64,000 nucleotides of DNA from Burkholderiales bacterium (GTDB taxonomy: Bacteria > Pseudomonadota > Gammaproteobacteria > Burkholderiales > Burkholderiaceae_C): NCBI GenBank assembly GCA_038326025.1, contig JBBQJP010000021.1, positions 5,440 to 69,439 on the forward strand, given 5' to 3'. Below the pieces are notes generated by a model. It worked only from the letters and a program-made list of their open reading frames with translations, searched no databases and was not told where the DNA came from. Numbering within the stretch: the first letter of the stretch is position 1; each line of letters starts with the position of its first letter. The position numbers were made by a program, and so were the translations under genes. Of the stretch, positions 11,421-22,161 are shown piece by piece.

Positions 11421-11584
11421 TCTGCACCTCCAGGGAGTTATTGCCGCTGCCGCGGACCACAAGGTCTTCGATGCCGCAGGCTCGTGCCGGCACCGGAATC
11501 CGGCTTGCAGCATACAACGCGCCAGCTGCTCGTGTATCGTGCGTACAGGAATAACCCATATCAGGAACCCGTCAGGAACACGTT

Positions 11585-12331
11585 ATGAAACCCGTCGTTT
11601 TGATCACCGGTGGCTCGCGCGGCATCGGCGCCGCAACCGCGTTGCGCGCCGCACAACAAGGATTTGCGGTCGCCGTCAACTACGCCCGTGACGCCAAGGC
11701 CGCCAACGCGGTTGTGCAGCAAATCGTCAGCGCCGGTGGCACCGCTGTCGCAGTACAGGCCGATGTGGCCGACGAGGCCCAGGTGCTGGCGATGTACCAG
11801 GCGATCGACGCGCAACTGGGACCGGTCTCAGCGCTGGTCAACAACGCCGGGGTGGTGGATATCGCGGCGCGCGTCGACGAGATGAGCGTGCAACGCATCC
11901 GGCGCATGTTCGACATCAATGTGCTGGGCACCTTCATCTGTACGCGCGAAGCCTTGCAGCGCATGAGCACGCGCCATGGCGGCAAGGGTGGCAGCATCGT
12001 CAACGTATCCAGCGTCGCCGCACGGCTAGGCGGCCCGGGCCAGTACGTGGACTACGGCGCGTCCAAGGGCGCGATCGACACCTTTACTGTCGGACTGGCC
12101 AAGGAGGTGGCGACCGAAGGCGTACGGGTCAACGCCGTGCGCCCCGGCATCATCGAGACCGACATTCACGCCTCGGGCGGACAACCCGACCGGGCGCAAC
12201 AGATGGCGCCGCTGGTGCCGATGCAACGCGCGGGCAGCGCCGATGAAGTCGCCAACACCATCGTCTGGCTGCTCGGCCCCGATGCCAGTTACGTCACCGG
12301 GGCAAACATCGACGTCGCCGGCGGACGCTGA
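11585..12331 (+). CDS. SDR-family oxidoreductase
   Basis: 248 aa. TGGSRGIG cofactor motif, NNAG, and YxxxK (YGASKGA). Confidence 0.9.
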   Translation: MKPVVLITGGSRGIGAATALRAAQQGFAVAVNYARDAKAANAVVQQIVSAGGTAVAVQADVADEAQVLAMYQAIDAQLGPVSALVNNAGVVDIAARVDEMSVQRIRRMFDINVLGTFICTREALQRMSTRHGGKGGSIVNVSSVAARLGGPGQYVDYGASKGAIDTFTVGLAKEVATEGVRVNAVRPGIIETDIHASGGQPDRAQQMAPLVPMQRAGSADEVANTIVWLLGPDASYVTGANIDVAGGR

Positions 12332-12337
12332 GGCCGT

Positions 12338-12922
12338 TCAATCAGGCGAGAAGTCGGGTTCCTGGTGTTGCAACACCTTGACCAGTCGGTTGCTGGTATT
12401 GCGCAGGCGCTGCGCCAGCAGTTGCGTGAGCTTGACCAGAATCTTGGCACCGATGGCCGGATGCGCCTGGATCAGATGGGTGATCACGGCGCGTGTCAGG
12501 ATGCCCGCGCGCACATCCCCGATCGCGATACAACTGGCATAACGTGGCGCCGAGTCGAGCATCGACATCTCGCCGACCGAAGCGCCCTCCTTGACGACGG
12601 CCAGACGCGACGCCACGCCGCTGTCGGATCGTTTGATGACGTCGACCGTTCCTTCGAGCACCAGCAGCATCCACTCGCCTACTTCGCCTTGTTCAATCAC
12701 GGTCTGGCCTGCACGCGCGCGCAGTGTCGGCATCAGCGCGCCCAGGGTGTCGGCCTCTTCGGGCGTCAGATCCTCGAGCAGGGCGGCAGTCTGGCGCCAG
12801 TGTTCACCCAGGCTTGAAAGATTGTCGCAAACGCCCTCGACAAGCAGCCCGGCTCGCTCAAAATGCGCCCGCAACTGCAATTGATCCTGGGTCGGCAGGC
12901 TCACTTCAGCTCGCTCATCCAT
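12338..12922 (-). CDS. cyclic-nucleotide-binding domain protein
   Basis: 194 aa. cNMP-binding beta-barrel signature (GEVGEWMLLVLEGTVDV...GASVGEMSMLD...RYASCIA). Overlaps the upstream gene by 22 bp. Confidence 0.75.
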   Translation of the reverse strand: MDERAEVSLPTQDQLQLRAHFERAGLLVEGVCDNLSSLGEHWRQTAALLEDLTPEEADTLGALMPTLRARAGQTVIEQGEVGEWMLLVLEGTVDVIKRSDSGVASRLAVVKEGASVGEMSMLDSAPRYASCIAIGDVRAGILTRAVITHLIQAHPAIGAKILVKLTQLLAQRLRNTSNRLVKVLQHQEPDFSPD

Positions 12923-13536
12923 TGGGCGATGTCTGCCACCACCGCATCGGTCGCCGCCGTCAGTGCCCGCACCCCGCCGCCGGCGTCGGCGCTCGGTGCC
13001 GGGCGTTGCGCCACGAAGGCCCGCTGCGCCACCAGGCGCTCGCTGCCGCGCGAGACCTGCGACACCGTGGCGTGCACGCGCACTTGACCGACACTGCGCC
13101 CCGGCGCGTCGAACACGTGGCTGAATTCGTCAAGTTCGAGTCGCAGCACCAGGGGCCGCTGCGTGGCCCCATCGCCTTCGCGGGTGACAAGCGTTTCCTG
13201 CGCCAAGAATTGGCGCAGGCGCTGGCGCAGCAACTGGGCCGGAGGCATGCTCCAACGCGCCTGCGCATACGGCTGCAACTGCTGCGCGTCCGCATAAGCC
13301 AGCCGGTACAACACGGCGGTGCTGTCCAGCGCACTGGCAGCCTCGACTTCGGCCAGCGCAATCGCCTGGCGTGGCGTGGCCAAAACCGGTGCCGCCGCCG
13401 ATGGGACAGCGGGACCGAAGTCGAACACCACCGAACGTATCGGCTTGTCCAGCACGGTGCAGCCCGCCAGCAACAACGCGGCGCAAAACAGGCCTGCAAA
13501 GCGCGGTAGCCTCGCCCGCCGCTTCAATGAACTCAT
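12901..13536 (-). CDS. ABC-type transport auxiliary lipoprotein (PqiC-like, DUF330)
   Basis: 211 aa with a lipobox (LLLAGC). Position directly downstream of the MCE protein, with a 4-bp overlap. Confidence 0.65.
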   Translation of the reverse strand: MSSLKRRARLPRFAGLFCAALLLAGCTVLDKPIRSVVFDFGPAVPSAAAPVLATPRQAIALAEVEAASALDSTAVLYRLAYADAQQLQPYAQARWSMPPAQLLRQRLRQFLAQETLVTREGDGATQRPLVLRLELDEFSHVFDAPGRSVGQVRVHATVSQVSRGSERLVAQRAFVAQRPAPSADAGGGVRALTAATDAVVADIAQWMSELK

Positions 13537-14573
13537 GGTTTGCCTTTCGGAATCGCAAAGCCGGCCTCACCCGGCCCTGGGACAATCGGGCCATTGCCGA
13601 AGATCAAGGATTGCGGGTTGTCGCCCACCGCACTGACCGCGCGATTGACCTGACGTGCGGCCCGCGTCGCCTCGTCACTGGTGCGATTGAGCCGAGGCAA
13701 GGTGCCAGCATTGAGTGCCTGCCCGGCCTCGGTCAGTGCCGCGGCGCCTTCTGACAACGCCGCAGCACCTTCGGTCATGCGATCCACCGCGCCGCCTTTG
13801 GCATTGAGCTTCTCGGCCATGGCGGTGAAGGCATTGGCGGTCTTGCGAAATTCGACGACTGTCTGGTCCACCCCGACGGCGGTGGTCTGCAGACTCTTGA
13901 GCGTCAAGGTGGCGTCGTCAACGAAGCGGGGAATATTGACACGCTGCGGGCCCAGCTGGGCGTTGAGCACGGTATCCAGGTTGGCCGACAACTTCTGCAT
14001 ACGCTCGGCCATGTTCTGCACGCTGCGGGCCGATTCGCCGAACCCGACGATGGTGGCCATCATCTGCTGCTGGTTTTCTTTGGACAGCAACGTATTGACA
14101 CGTTCGCTGGTCTGCTCAAGTCGGGTTAGGATCGCCACGCCCTGGTCCGACAGCTTGGACAACAAGCTGGCACGCATCGGAATCCGCGCTGGTGACTGCT
14201 CGCTGGTGACAAGGCGGTTCTTGTCCTCGCCCGAATCATCGAGTTGCACGAAGGCCAGGCCGGTTACGCCCTGGAATCCCAGCGTGGCAAAGGTAGATCC
14301 GGTCACCGGGGCGGATTCGTCAAGCGCGATGCGCACCAGCACATTGCCGGTGGCCTTCGGGTCAAAGCCGATGTCCATCACCTTGCCCACCGGCACGCCG
14401 CGGTACCGCACCGCGGCCTGGGGCTGCAAGCCGTTGACGGCTTCCGGGCTGGAGATCTCGTAGACGTTGTGCTCGCCGGTGTCGCGCGTCAACCATACCG
14501 CCATGGCGATCAACATCGCGGACACCACCAGGACAAAGATGCCGGCGGCCAATGCATGGGCTTTGTTTTCCAT
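13533..14573 (-). CDS. MlaD/MCE-family substrate-binding protein
   Basis: 346 aa. N-terminal TM anchor then MCE domain (VRYRGVPVGKVMDIGFDP). C-terminal coiled region. Confidence 0.85.
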   Translation of the reverse strand: MENKAHALAAGIFVLVVSAMLIAMAVWLTRDTGEHNVYEISSPEAVNGLQPQAAVRYRGVPVGKVMDIGFDPKATGNVLVRIALDESAPVTGSTFATLGFQGVTGLAFVQLDDSGEDKNRLVTSEQSPARIPMRASLLSKLSDQGVAILTRLEQTSERVNTLLSKENQQQMMATIVGFGESARSVQNMAERMQKLSANLDTVLNAQLGPQRVNIPRFVDDATLTLKSLQTTAVGVDQTVVEFRKTANAFTAMAEKLNAKGGAVDRMTEGAAALSEGAAALTEAGQALNAGTLPRLNRTSDEATRAARQVNRAVSAVGDNPQSLIFGNGPIVPGPGEAGFAIPKGKP

Positions 14574-14585
14574 CTGATTGCCTTT

Positions 14586-15425
14586 CTACACTGCGAACGG
14601 GTACTCGCGCAACAACTCCATCGCCCGCTGCCCGCGCTCGCCCAGGAAGAAGTCGTGAACGAACGGATGCGGGAATGCGATCACGTCCTTGGGCGCACCG
14701 TGCACGATCACATGCTTGTCGGCCAGCACGGCCACGCGGGTACTCAGTTCGTACAGCGTGTCAAGGTCGTGTGTGACCATCACCACAGTCAACCCGAGCT
14801 CACGGTGCAAGGAGCGGATCAGCGCACAGAAAGCGTCCGCGCTGTCCGGATCAAGCCCGGCCGTGGGTTCATCCAGCAACAGCAGCGGCGGATCCATGAT
14901 CAGCGCGCGGGCCAGCGCAACTCGCTTGATCATGCCGCCGGAGAGATCCGACGGCATCTTGTGCGCGTGCACCGCATCGAGCCCCACCATCTGCAGCTTG
15001 ACCAGCGCGGCGTCGCGGATCAACGCGTCTGGCAACTGCTTGAGCTCGCGCAGCGGAAAGGCGATGTTGTCCAGCACGCTGAAAGCCGAGAACAAGGCGC
15101 CGTGCTGGAACAACATGCCGACCCGACTGGCGGCGCCGACATCCGACAACTGGTCGGCAGGCCGGCCCAGCACGCTGACGCTGCCGCGCGCGGGGGTCTC
15201 CAGCCCCAGGATGGTGCGCAGCATCACGGTCTTGCCACTGCCAGAGCCTCCGACCAGCGACATCAGTTCGCCCCGCTCGATATGCAGGTTCAGGTCCTGA
15301 TGCACGATGTTGTCGCGCCCGGCCACGCGAAATATCGACCACAGGTTGCGGATCTCGACCACACCCGGGGCTTTGGCCTCGGCATCGGTCAACACCTGCG
15401 GCAGCGGGTTGGCCGTTCCGCTCAT
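14586..15425 (-). CDS. ABC transporter ATP-binding protein (MlaF-like)
   Basis: ORF 14586..15494. ATG at 15425 is favoured. Walker A GGSGSGKT, signature LSGGMIKRVALARA, Walker B LLLLDEP. Confidence 0.9.
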   Translation of the reverse strand: MSGTANPLPQVLTDAEAKAPGVVEIRNLWSIFRVAGRDNIVHQDLNLHIERGELMSLVGGSGSGKTVMLRTILGLETPARGSVSVLGRPADQLSDVGAASRVGMLFQHGALFSAFSVLDNIAFPLRELKQLPDALIRDAALVKLQMVGLDAVHAHKMPSDLSGGMIKRVALARALIMDPPLLLLDEPTAGLDPDSADAFCALIRSLHRELGLTVVMVTHDLDTLYELSTRVAVLADKHVIVHGAPKDVIAFPHPFVHDFFLGERGQRAMELLREYPFAV

Positions 15426-15480
15426 ATGACCAGCCTTCGCGCAACGCGCTGCGGCATTCGCCTTGGGGCGGCCCGGCGGC

Positions 15481-16611
15481 TCATATGCCCACATCCTTGA
15501 ATACGACAGCGAACAAGGCGTCGACCAGGATCACGACGGTGATCGACGAGACCACCGAGGCGGTCGTGCCTTCACCCAGGCTTTCGGTGTTGGGCTTGAT
15601 GCGCAGGCCATAGTGGCAGCCCACGAGTGCAATCAACACGCCGAACACCATGGCCTTGGACATGGCCAGCGTCAGGTTGGCGACTTCGACCGTGGCTGGC
15701 AAGGCCGATACAAAATAGGCCGGCGTGATGCCCATGGACAGATCCGCCGCGAGGATGCCACCGAACAACGCGGCCAGCGTGGTCCAGACCGTGATCAGTG
15801 GCATCGCGATCGCCATGGCGATGGCGCGCGGCATCACCAGCCGGTAACCTTGGGCGATGCCCATGACCCGCATCGCGTCCAGCTCCTCTGTCACGCGCAT
15901 GACGCCGATCTGCGCGGTTATCGATGAGCCTGAGCGACCGGCGATGAGAATGGCGGCAAGCACCGGCGCAAGTTCACGGATCAGCGCGATGCCCAGCACA
16001 TCGACGATGAAGGCATCGGCACCGAACTTGCGCAACTGCTGCGACATCAGGTAGGCCAGCACGACGCCAATCAGGAACCCGACCAGCGCGGTAATCGGCA
16101 AGGCGGTCGCCCCGATGCGATACAGCTGGCCGGACACATCGCGCCAGGGACCCATCTGCGGCGCACGCAACAAGCGACCGAGATCGAGCAGCAACTGCCC
16201 GATCAGCGCCGTCATGTCGCGCGCATGGTCGACCACCTTGTAGACGACTTCGCCGAGCGCCAGAAAGCGCTGCATCGGCGTCAGGGCCCGCACCACCGGT
16301 GGCGTCACCGTATGGCGCGCGACCCGCTCGAGCATGGCGCGTTGCCCCGGTGACGCCTGCACCGAAGCCGGCCATTGCCGGCCCCAGGCATTCCACAACA
16401 CCTGCGCCCCGGTATGGTCCATGCGCTCGAGCTCGCGCAAGTCCCACTGCGCCAGGCCGCGCTCCTGCACCGAGAGAGTCTCGAGCGCCTGGGTTACCGC
16501 CTGCCATGCGCCAGGCAGTGCCAGCGCGGCTGCCGACCAGCTGCCATGCAGGATCAGCAGCCGGCCGTCCTGGCTGGCCGCGCTGCGCAGATGCGGGCTG
16601 GACTCTTGCAT
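15481..16611 (-). CDS. MlaE-family ABC permease with N-terminal STAS-like extension
   Basis: 376 aa. The C-terminal ~260 aa are typical MlaE permease (GAxxFIVDVLGIALIRELAPVLAAILIAGRSGSSITAQIG). The ~110-aa N-terminal extension is soluble. Confidence 0.85.
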   Translation of the reverse strand: MQESSPHLRSAASQDGRLLILHGSWSAAALALPGAWQAVTQALETLSVQERGLAQWDLRELERMDHTGAQVLWNAWGRQWPASVQASPGQRAMLERVARHTVTPPVVRALTPMQRFLALGEVVYKVVDHARDMTALIGQLLLDLGRLLRAPQMGPWRDVSGQLYRIGATALPITALVGFLIGVVLAYLMSQQLRKFGADAFIVDVLGIALIRELAPVLAAILIAGRSGSSITAQIGVMRVTEELDAMRVMGIAQGYRLVMPRAIAMAIAMPLITVWTTLAALFGGILAADLSMGITPAYFVSALPATVEVANLTLAMSKAMVFGVLIALVGCHYGLRIKPNTESLGEGTTASVVSSITVVILVDALFAVVFKDVGI

Positions 16612-16878
16612 GGTGCAATGAAAGGCAAAAACCTTGTAACAAGACTCAATGGGACCTTTGATCGTACCCGTAGTCGGCGAGGGGATTCGTCTGCGGGTTC
16701 GACGCCACCCACGCAGGCAATGCCGGACGCGTCCGGGGGTAAATCCCGATGTCGCATACGCGCCGGACGAAGTACAGTCTCTTCACTCGAAAGACGCCGC
16801 ACGCGGCGATCTGACTGAGGACCCTGGAGACGATGACAAAACGGTGACCGCCAACCATAAGGTGGCACCTACTGCGAA

Positions 16879-16909
16879 GGCGCTGGCAACCCCAGCGCCT
16901 TTTCTTTTC
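16879..16909 (+). terminator. intrinsic terminator, plus-strand polarity
   Basis: GGCGCTGG-CAACC-CCAGCGCC followed by TTTTCTTTTC. On the minus strand (downstream of mrdA) the hairpin lacks a U tract. Confidence 0.4.
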
Positions 16910-16926
16910 TCAGGCCTGGCCTGGCA

Positions 16927-18876
16927 TCAAGGTGAGGCGCCCGGCCAGGGCATGTCGGCGGCCTGCCGCGGCGTGCCGATCGGGGCGCCCGACTGGCTCA
17001 GGCGTGTCGCAGCAATGTCCTCTTCGCTCGGGTACTGACCCAGCAACCAGTAGTCGAACACCCGACGCGCGATGGGCGCGGCCGCCGCCGCGCCAAAACC
17101 GGCATTTTCGACAATCACCGCCACCACAATCCTGGGATTGTCGGCCGGCGCATAGGCCATGTACAAGGCATGGTCGCGCCGGCGCTCTTCCATCTTGGAC
17201 GCGTTGTACCTGGCGCCAGCGGCAATGCCCACTGCTTGCGCGGTACCGGTCTTGCCTGCGGACGTGTACGGAGTACCGGCGAAAACCCGGGTCGACGTGC
17301 CTTCGGTAGTCACTGAGGCCAGTGCGCGCTGGACCACCGCCAGATGCTCGGGTCGTATGCCGAGGTCCTGCCCTGGCGCGGCAGCCACCGGCAACCGGAT
17401 CCGGTTCACCGCCTCCTGCGTTGCAATGACGATCTGCGGTTTGTGCTTGACACCGTTATTGGCGACGATGGACGTGGCCTGGGCCAGCTGCAGCATCGTG
17501 AACGCGTTGTAACCCTGGCCGATACCCAGCGAAATGGTCTCGCCGGCATACCACTTCTGTTGGTCGGCACGTTTGTAATAACCCGCCTTCCAGGCCTTGC
17601 TCGGCAAAAGCCCGCGCGACTCGCCCTGGATGTCGATGCCGGTGACCTGGCCAAAACCCAGCGGCGCCATGAAATCATGGATCGCGTCCACGCCCATGTC
17701 ATTGGCCAGCGAATAGAAATAGACGTTGCTCGACTTGACGATCGCCACATGCATGTCGACCGGCCCCAGCCCATGGTCGCCATGGCTGCGGAACTGGTGT
17801 CCGGCAAAAGTCCAGGTGCCGTTGTCCTGGACGATGGTGCTGGCCGCGCGTTTTCCGGTGTGCAAGGCGCCCAGCGCCATGAAGGGTTTGTAGGTCGAGC
17901 CGGGCGGGTAGGTGCCACGCAAGGCGCGGTTGAGCAGCGGCTTGTCGATGGACTCGTTAAGGGCCTGCCAGCTTTCGTAGTCGATACCGTCGACGAACAG
18001 GTTGGGGTCGAAGGTGGGCTTGCTCACCAGGGCCAGCACTTCGCCGGTTTTGGGATCCATGGCAACCAGTGCGCCGCGGCGGTCGCCATACAGATCCTCG
18101 ATCATTTTCTGCAGCCGGATGTCGATCGACAAGACCACCGTATCGCCGGGAGTTGACGGGCTGCTGGAGAGCTTTCGCACCGCGCGGCCGCCGGCCGACG
18201 TTTCCACCGAATCGACACCGGTGACGCCGTGCAGCTGGTTCTCGAAACTCTGCTCCACGCCCAGCTTGCCGATGTATTCGGTGCCACGGTAGTTGGCAGC
18301 GTTCTCCGAGTCGTCCAGCTTGTCTTTTTCGGCCCTGTTGATGCGACCGATGTAACCGATCACATGACTGGCCAGCTCGCCGTACGGATAGTTGCGAAAC
18401 AGCCGGGCCTTGATCTCCACGCCGGAGAACCCGTAGCGACGGGCCACGAAACGCGCGACTTCATCGTCATTGAGTTTGGTGCGGATCGGCAAGGACTCAA
18501 AGCTGCGCGACTCCTCCTGCAGCTTCTTGAAGCGGCGCCGGTCCCGCGGCGTGATCTCGACGATCTCTGCCAGCGCGTTGATGGTCTGCTCCATATCGGG
18601 CACACGCGCAGGCGTGATCTCCAGCGTATAGGCGGAGTAATTGTTCGCCAGCACGACACCGTTGCGGTCCAGAATCTGGCCCCGGTTGGGCACCACAGGT
18701 ACCACCGCCGTGCGGTTGCTTTCCGCCTGCGCGCGCAGATCGTCGTGTCGCACCACCTGCAGCACGATCAGTCGACCCACCACCAGCAGGAAACACAGCA
18801 ACACGACGACACCGACCACGAACACGCGCAGGCGAAAGCGGGCCAGATCGGCTTCCACATTGCGCAGTTCGGTCAT
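16927..18876 (-). CDS. mrdA: penicillin-binding protein 2 (elongasome transpeptidase)
   Basis: ORF 16927..18912. ATG at 18876 (MTELRNVEADLARFRLRVF). STYKPF, KSSNVYF and KTGTAQ motifs. Sits downstream of mreBCD. Confidence 0.9.
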   Translation of the reverse strand: MTELRNVEADLARFRLRVFVVGVVVLLCFLLVVGRLIVLQVVRHDDLRAQAESNRTAVVPVVPNRGQILDRNGVVLANNYSAYTLEITPARVPDMEQTINALAEIVEITPRDRRRFKKLQEESRSFESLPIRTKLNDDEVARFVARRYGFSGVEIKARLFRNYPYGELASHVIGYIGRINRAEKDKLDDSENAANYRGTEYIGKLGVEQSFENQLHGVTGVDSVETSAGGRAVRKLSSSPSTPGDTVVLSIDIRLQKMIEDLYGDRRGALVAMDPKTGEVLALVSKPTFDPNLFVDGIDYESWQALNESIDKPLLNRALRGTYPPGSTYKPFMALGALHTGKRAASTIVQDNGTWTFAGHQFRSHGDHGLGPVDMHVAIVKSSNVYFYSLANDMGVDAIHDFMAPLGFGQVTGIDIQGESRGLLPSKAWKAGYYKRADQQKWYAGETISLGIGQGYNAFTMLQLAQATSIVANNGVKHKPQIVIATQEAVNRIRLPVAAAPGQDLGIRPEHLAVVQRALASVTTEGTSTRVFAGTPYTSAGKTGTAQAVGIAAGARYNASKMEERRRDHALYMAYAPADNPRIVVAVIVENAGFGAAAAAPIARRVFDYWLLGQYPSEEDIAATRLSQSGAPIGTPRQAADMPWPGASP

Positions 18877-18915
18877 ATCGGGGTGTCTCCGTTTTTCCGG
18901 TTCACATAGCACCGA

Positions 18916-19446
18916 TCACAAGGGCCGATTGGCATCCGGATCGGGGGCGCGGCGCTGCGGCGCCAGCAGCAGTACGCTGGCAAACGGCCAAAGGAGTGAC
19001 TCGATCAGCGGGGACAGGAACATCGACATGCCCGGAAAATCGCCGCCAGCCAGCATCTTGACGCTCAGGCTGATGACATGCGCCGCCAGGAATACGGGTA
19101 ACACCTGCACGGCCTGCGAAGGAACCGAGAACCATAACAACCGCCGATGCATGGCAATGGCGAAGAAACTCAGCACCGTATACGCGAGCGCATTTGCGCC
19201 CATCAGGCCGGCCTGGTGCACGTCCATGCAAAGACCGAAGATGAAGGCCGCACCGATACCCACGCGCAGCGGCTGGTGCACGCTCCAGAACACCAGCACC
19301 AGGGCCAGGATGTCCGGAACCCAGGCCGCACGCCCCCAGAAGCCGATGTTCTGCACCATGTTGAGCAACAAGGCGATCAGCAGAGTGCCCCAGATGAATA
19401 GCGGGTTGGCCGGCAGCAGCAACTGCTGTCCGCGGGGCATGATCAT
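18916..19446 (-). CDS. mreD: rod shape-determining protein MreD
   Basis: 176-aa polytopic membrane protein located between mreC and mrdA. Confidence 0.85.
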   Translation of the reverse strand: MIMPRGQQLLLPANPLFIWGTLLIALLLNMVQNIGFWGRAAWVPDILALVLVFWSVHQPLRVGIGAAFIFGLCMDVHQAGLMGANALAYTVLSFFAIAMHRRLLWFSVPSQAVQVLPVFLAAHVISLSVKMLAGGDFPGMSMFLSPLIESLLWPFASVLLLAPQRRAPDPDANRPL

Positions 19447-19471
19447 GGCAGGGCTCCCATCCGGATGTGTT

Positions 19472-20386
19472 TCATTTGCGCGCCGCCGGTTTGCTGGCTG
19501 CGATCGTGTCTACCGGTCGGGCCTCGATCTGACTGGCCACTGGCTGCATCACCATGACATGGCTCGTGCCGGCGACCAGCGCAATGGGTGTCAGGCTGAT
19601 ACGGGCAAACACCGACTCGCTGCGCCGCTGCACCTGATTGACCCGCGCCACCGACAGGCCGGGCGGATACACGCCGTTGACGCCGCTGGTGGACAACACG
19701 TCACCGACCTGCACATCGGTGTCAGCCGGGGTGAACCGCAACTCCAGCCCGCCGCCCGCGGCAGTGAGGTCGCCGAAAGCCACACCGCGCACGCCGGTGC
19801 GGGTGTTGAGCACCGGAATCGCCTGGTCGCCATCGGTGATCAAGGTGACTTCGCTGACCTGCCCATACACGCGGGTGACCTGGCCGAGCACACCAAAACT
19901 GTCGATCACCGGAGAGCCGGCGACGACGCCATGCATCGTACCGCGGTCAATGATGATCTTGCGACTGAAAGGATCGGCCGCGTCGTACAACACCTGGGCC
20001 GCCATCGCCGACGTCGTGATGCGCTGGCGCAATTCCAGCAACTGGCGCAGCCGCTCGTTTTCCAGCCGCAACGGTTCTGCCTCCTGCGCCTTGAGGGTCT
20101 GACGCGCCATTGTCACGCGCATGGCTTCCGTGTCAGCCTGGGCCGAAGACAGGCTCTGAAAGTAGCCCGAACCACCACGAACCCAGTCCACCGGTTGCAT
20201 CACCAGCCACTGGACCGGATACAGGATCTCGGCAATCGCCGAGCGCAAAGGCCGGACATAGCTGTACCGGACATCGGCCACCATCAGGAACAAGGCCAGC
20301 GCGCTGCAAAGCGTCAGCTTGGACAACGCCGACAGACCCTGGCGAAACAGGGGTGGCGGTGTTCTGTCGAGGGTTCCAAGCGGCAT
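19472..20386 (-). CDS. mreC: rod shape-determining protein MreC
   Basis: 304 aa. N-terminal TM, coiled coil (ENERLRQLLEL) and beta domains. Conserved position. Confidence 0.9.
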   Translation of the reverse strand: MPLGTLDRTPPPLFRQGLSALSKLTLCSALALFLMVADVRYSYVRPLRSAIAEILYPVQWLVMQPVDWVRGGSGYFQSLSSAQADTEAMRVTMARQTLKAQEAEPLRLENERLRQLLELRQRITTSAMAAQVLYDAADPFSRKIIIDRGTMHGVVAGSPVIDSFGVLGQVTRVYGQVSEVTLITDGDQAIPVLNTRTGVRGVAFGDLTAAGGGLELRFTPADTDVQVGDVLSTSGVNGVYPPGLSVARVNQVQRRSESVFARISLTPIALVAGTSHVMVMQPVASQIEARPVDTIAASKPAARK

Positions 20387-20556
20387 GGCGGCCTATTGTC
20401 TCTTGTCCGGGCCGGGTGGATCGACCGAAACCCGCAGAAGGTCGCGTAAAGGCGGGCTTTGACGTGATGCAAAGCTGCATGCGCTGGCGCGAAGGTGTCG
20501 GTCCTCGCAGCGCGTGAGCGGGATCGGCGTGTCATCCACGCCGCCGCCAGCACGAC

Positions 20557-21786
<1,230 letters not shown>

Positions 21787-21798
21787 CTAAAACCCGCC

Positions 21799-22098
21799 AT
21801 GTCCCTTACATCGTCCGATATCTCGCGCATCGCCAACCTCGCCCGCCTGGAGCTGGATCCAGGCGAAAGTGAGCGCATGCTCAGCCAACTCAACAGTTTC
21901 TTCGATGTGGTGCAGCAGATGCGCGCAGTCGACACCACCGGTGTCGTACCGCTGGAGCATCCATTTGCAACCATCCGTGACATCGCCCTGCGCCTGCGCG
22001 AAGACACGGTCAGCGAATCCAACCATCGGGAAGCGAATCAGCGCAGCGCACCGGCGGTCGAGTCCGGCCTGTTCCTGGTGCCCAAGGTGATCGAATGA
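21799..22098 (+). CDS. gatC: Asp-tRNA(Asn)/Glu-tRNA(Gln) amidotransferase subunit C
   Basis: ORF 21751..22098. Start at ATG 21799 ([19 protein letters not shown]), giving 99 aa. Confidence 0.9.
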   Translation: MSLTSSDISRIANLARLELDPGESERMLSQLNSFFDVVQQMRAVDTTGVVPLEHPFATIRDIALRLREDTVSESNHREANQRSAPAVESGLFLVPKVIE

Positions 22099-22161
22099 AC
22101 CTGTGAGCCGATCCGACGTCCCGCCCGAAACACCCCCACCCGCGCACAGCCCAGACCCTAG

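Noticed and set aside
16690-16705. T-arm-like strings GGGTTCGAC (16695), GGTCGAACCC (37811) and GGTTCGACCC (56175) as possible tRNA or tmRNA remnants next to island junctions.
   Set aside because: No acceptor, D or anticodon arms can be built around them, and no CCA-proximal context is present. They are treated as chance matches.
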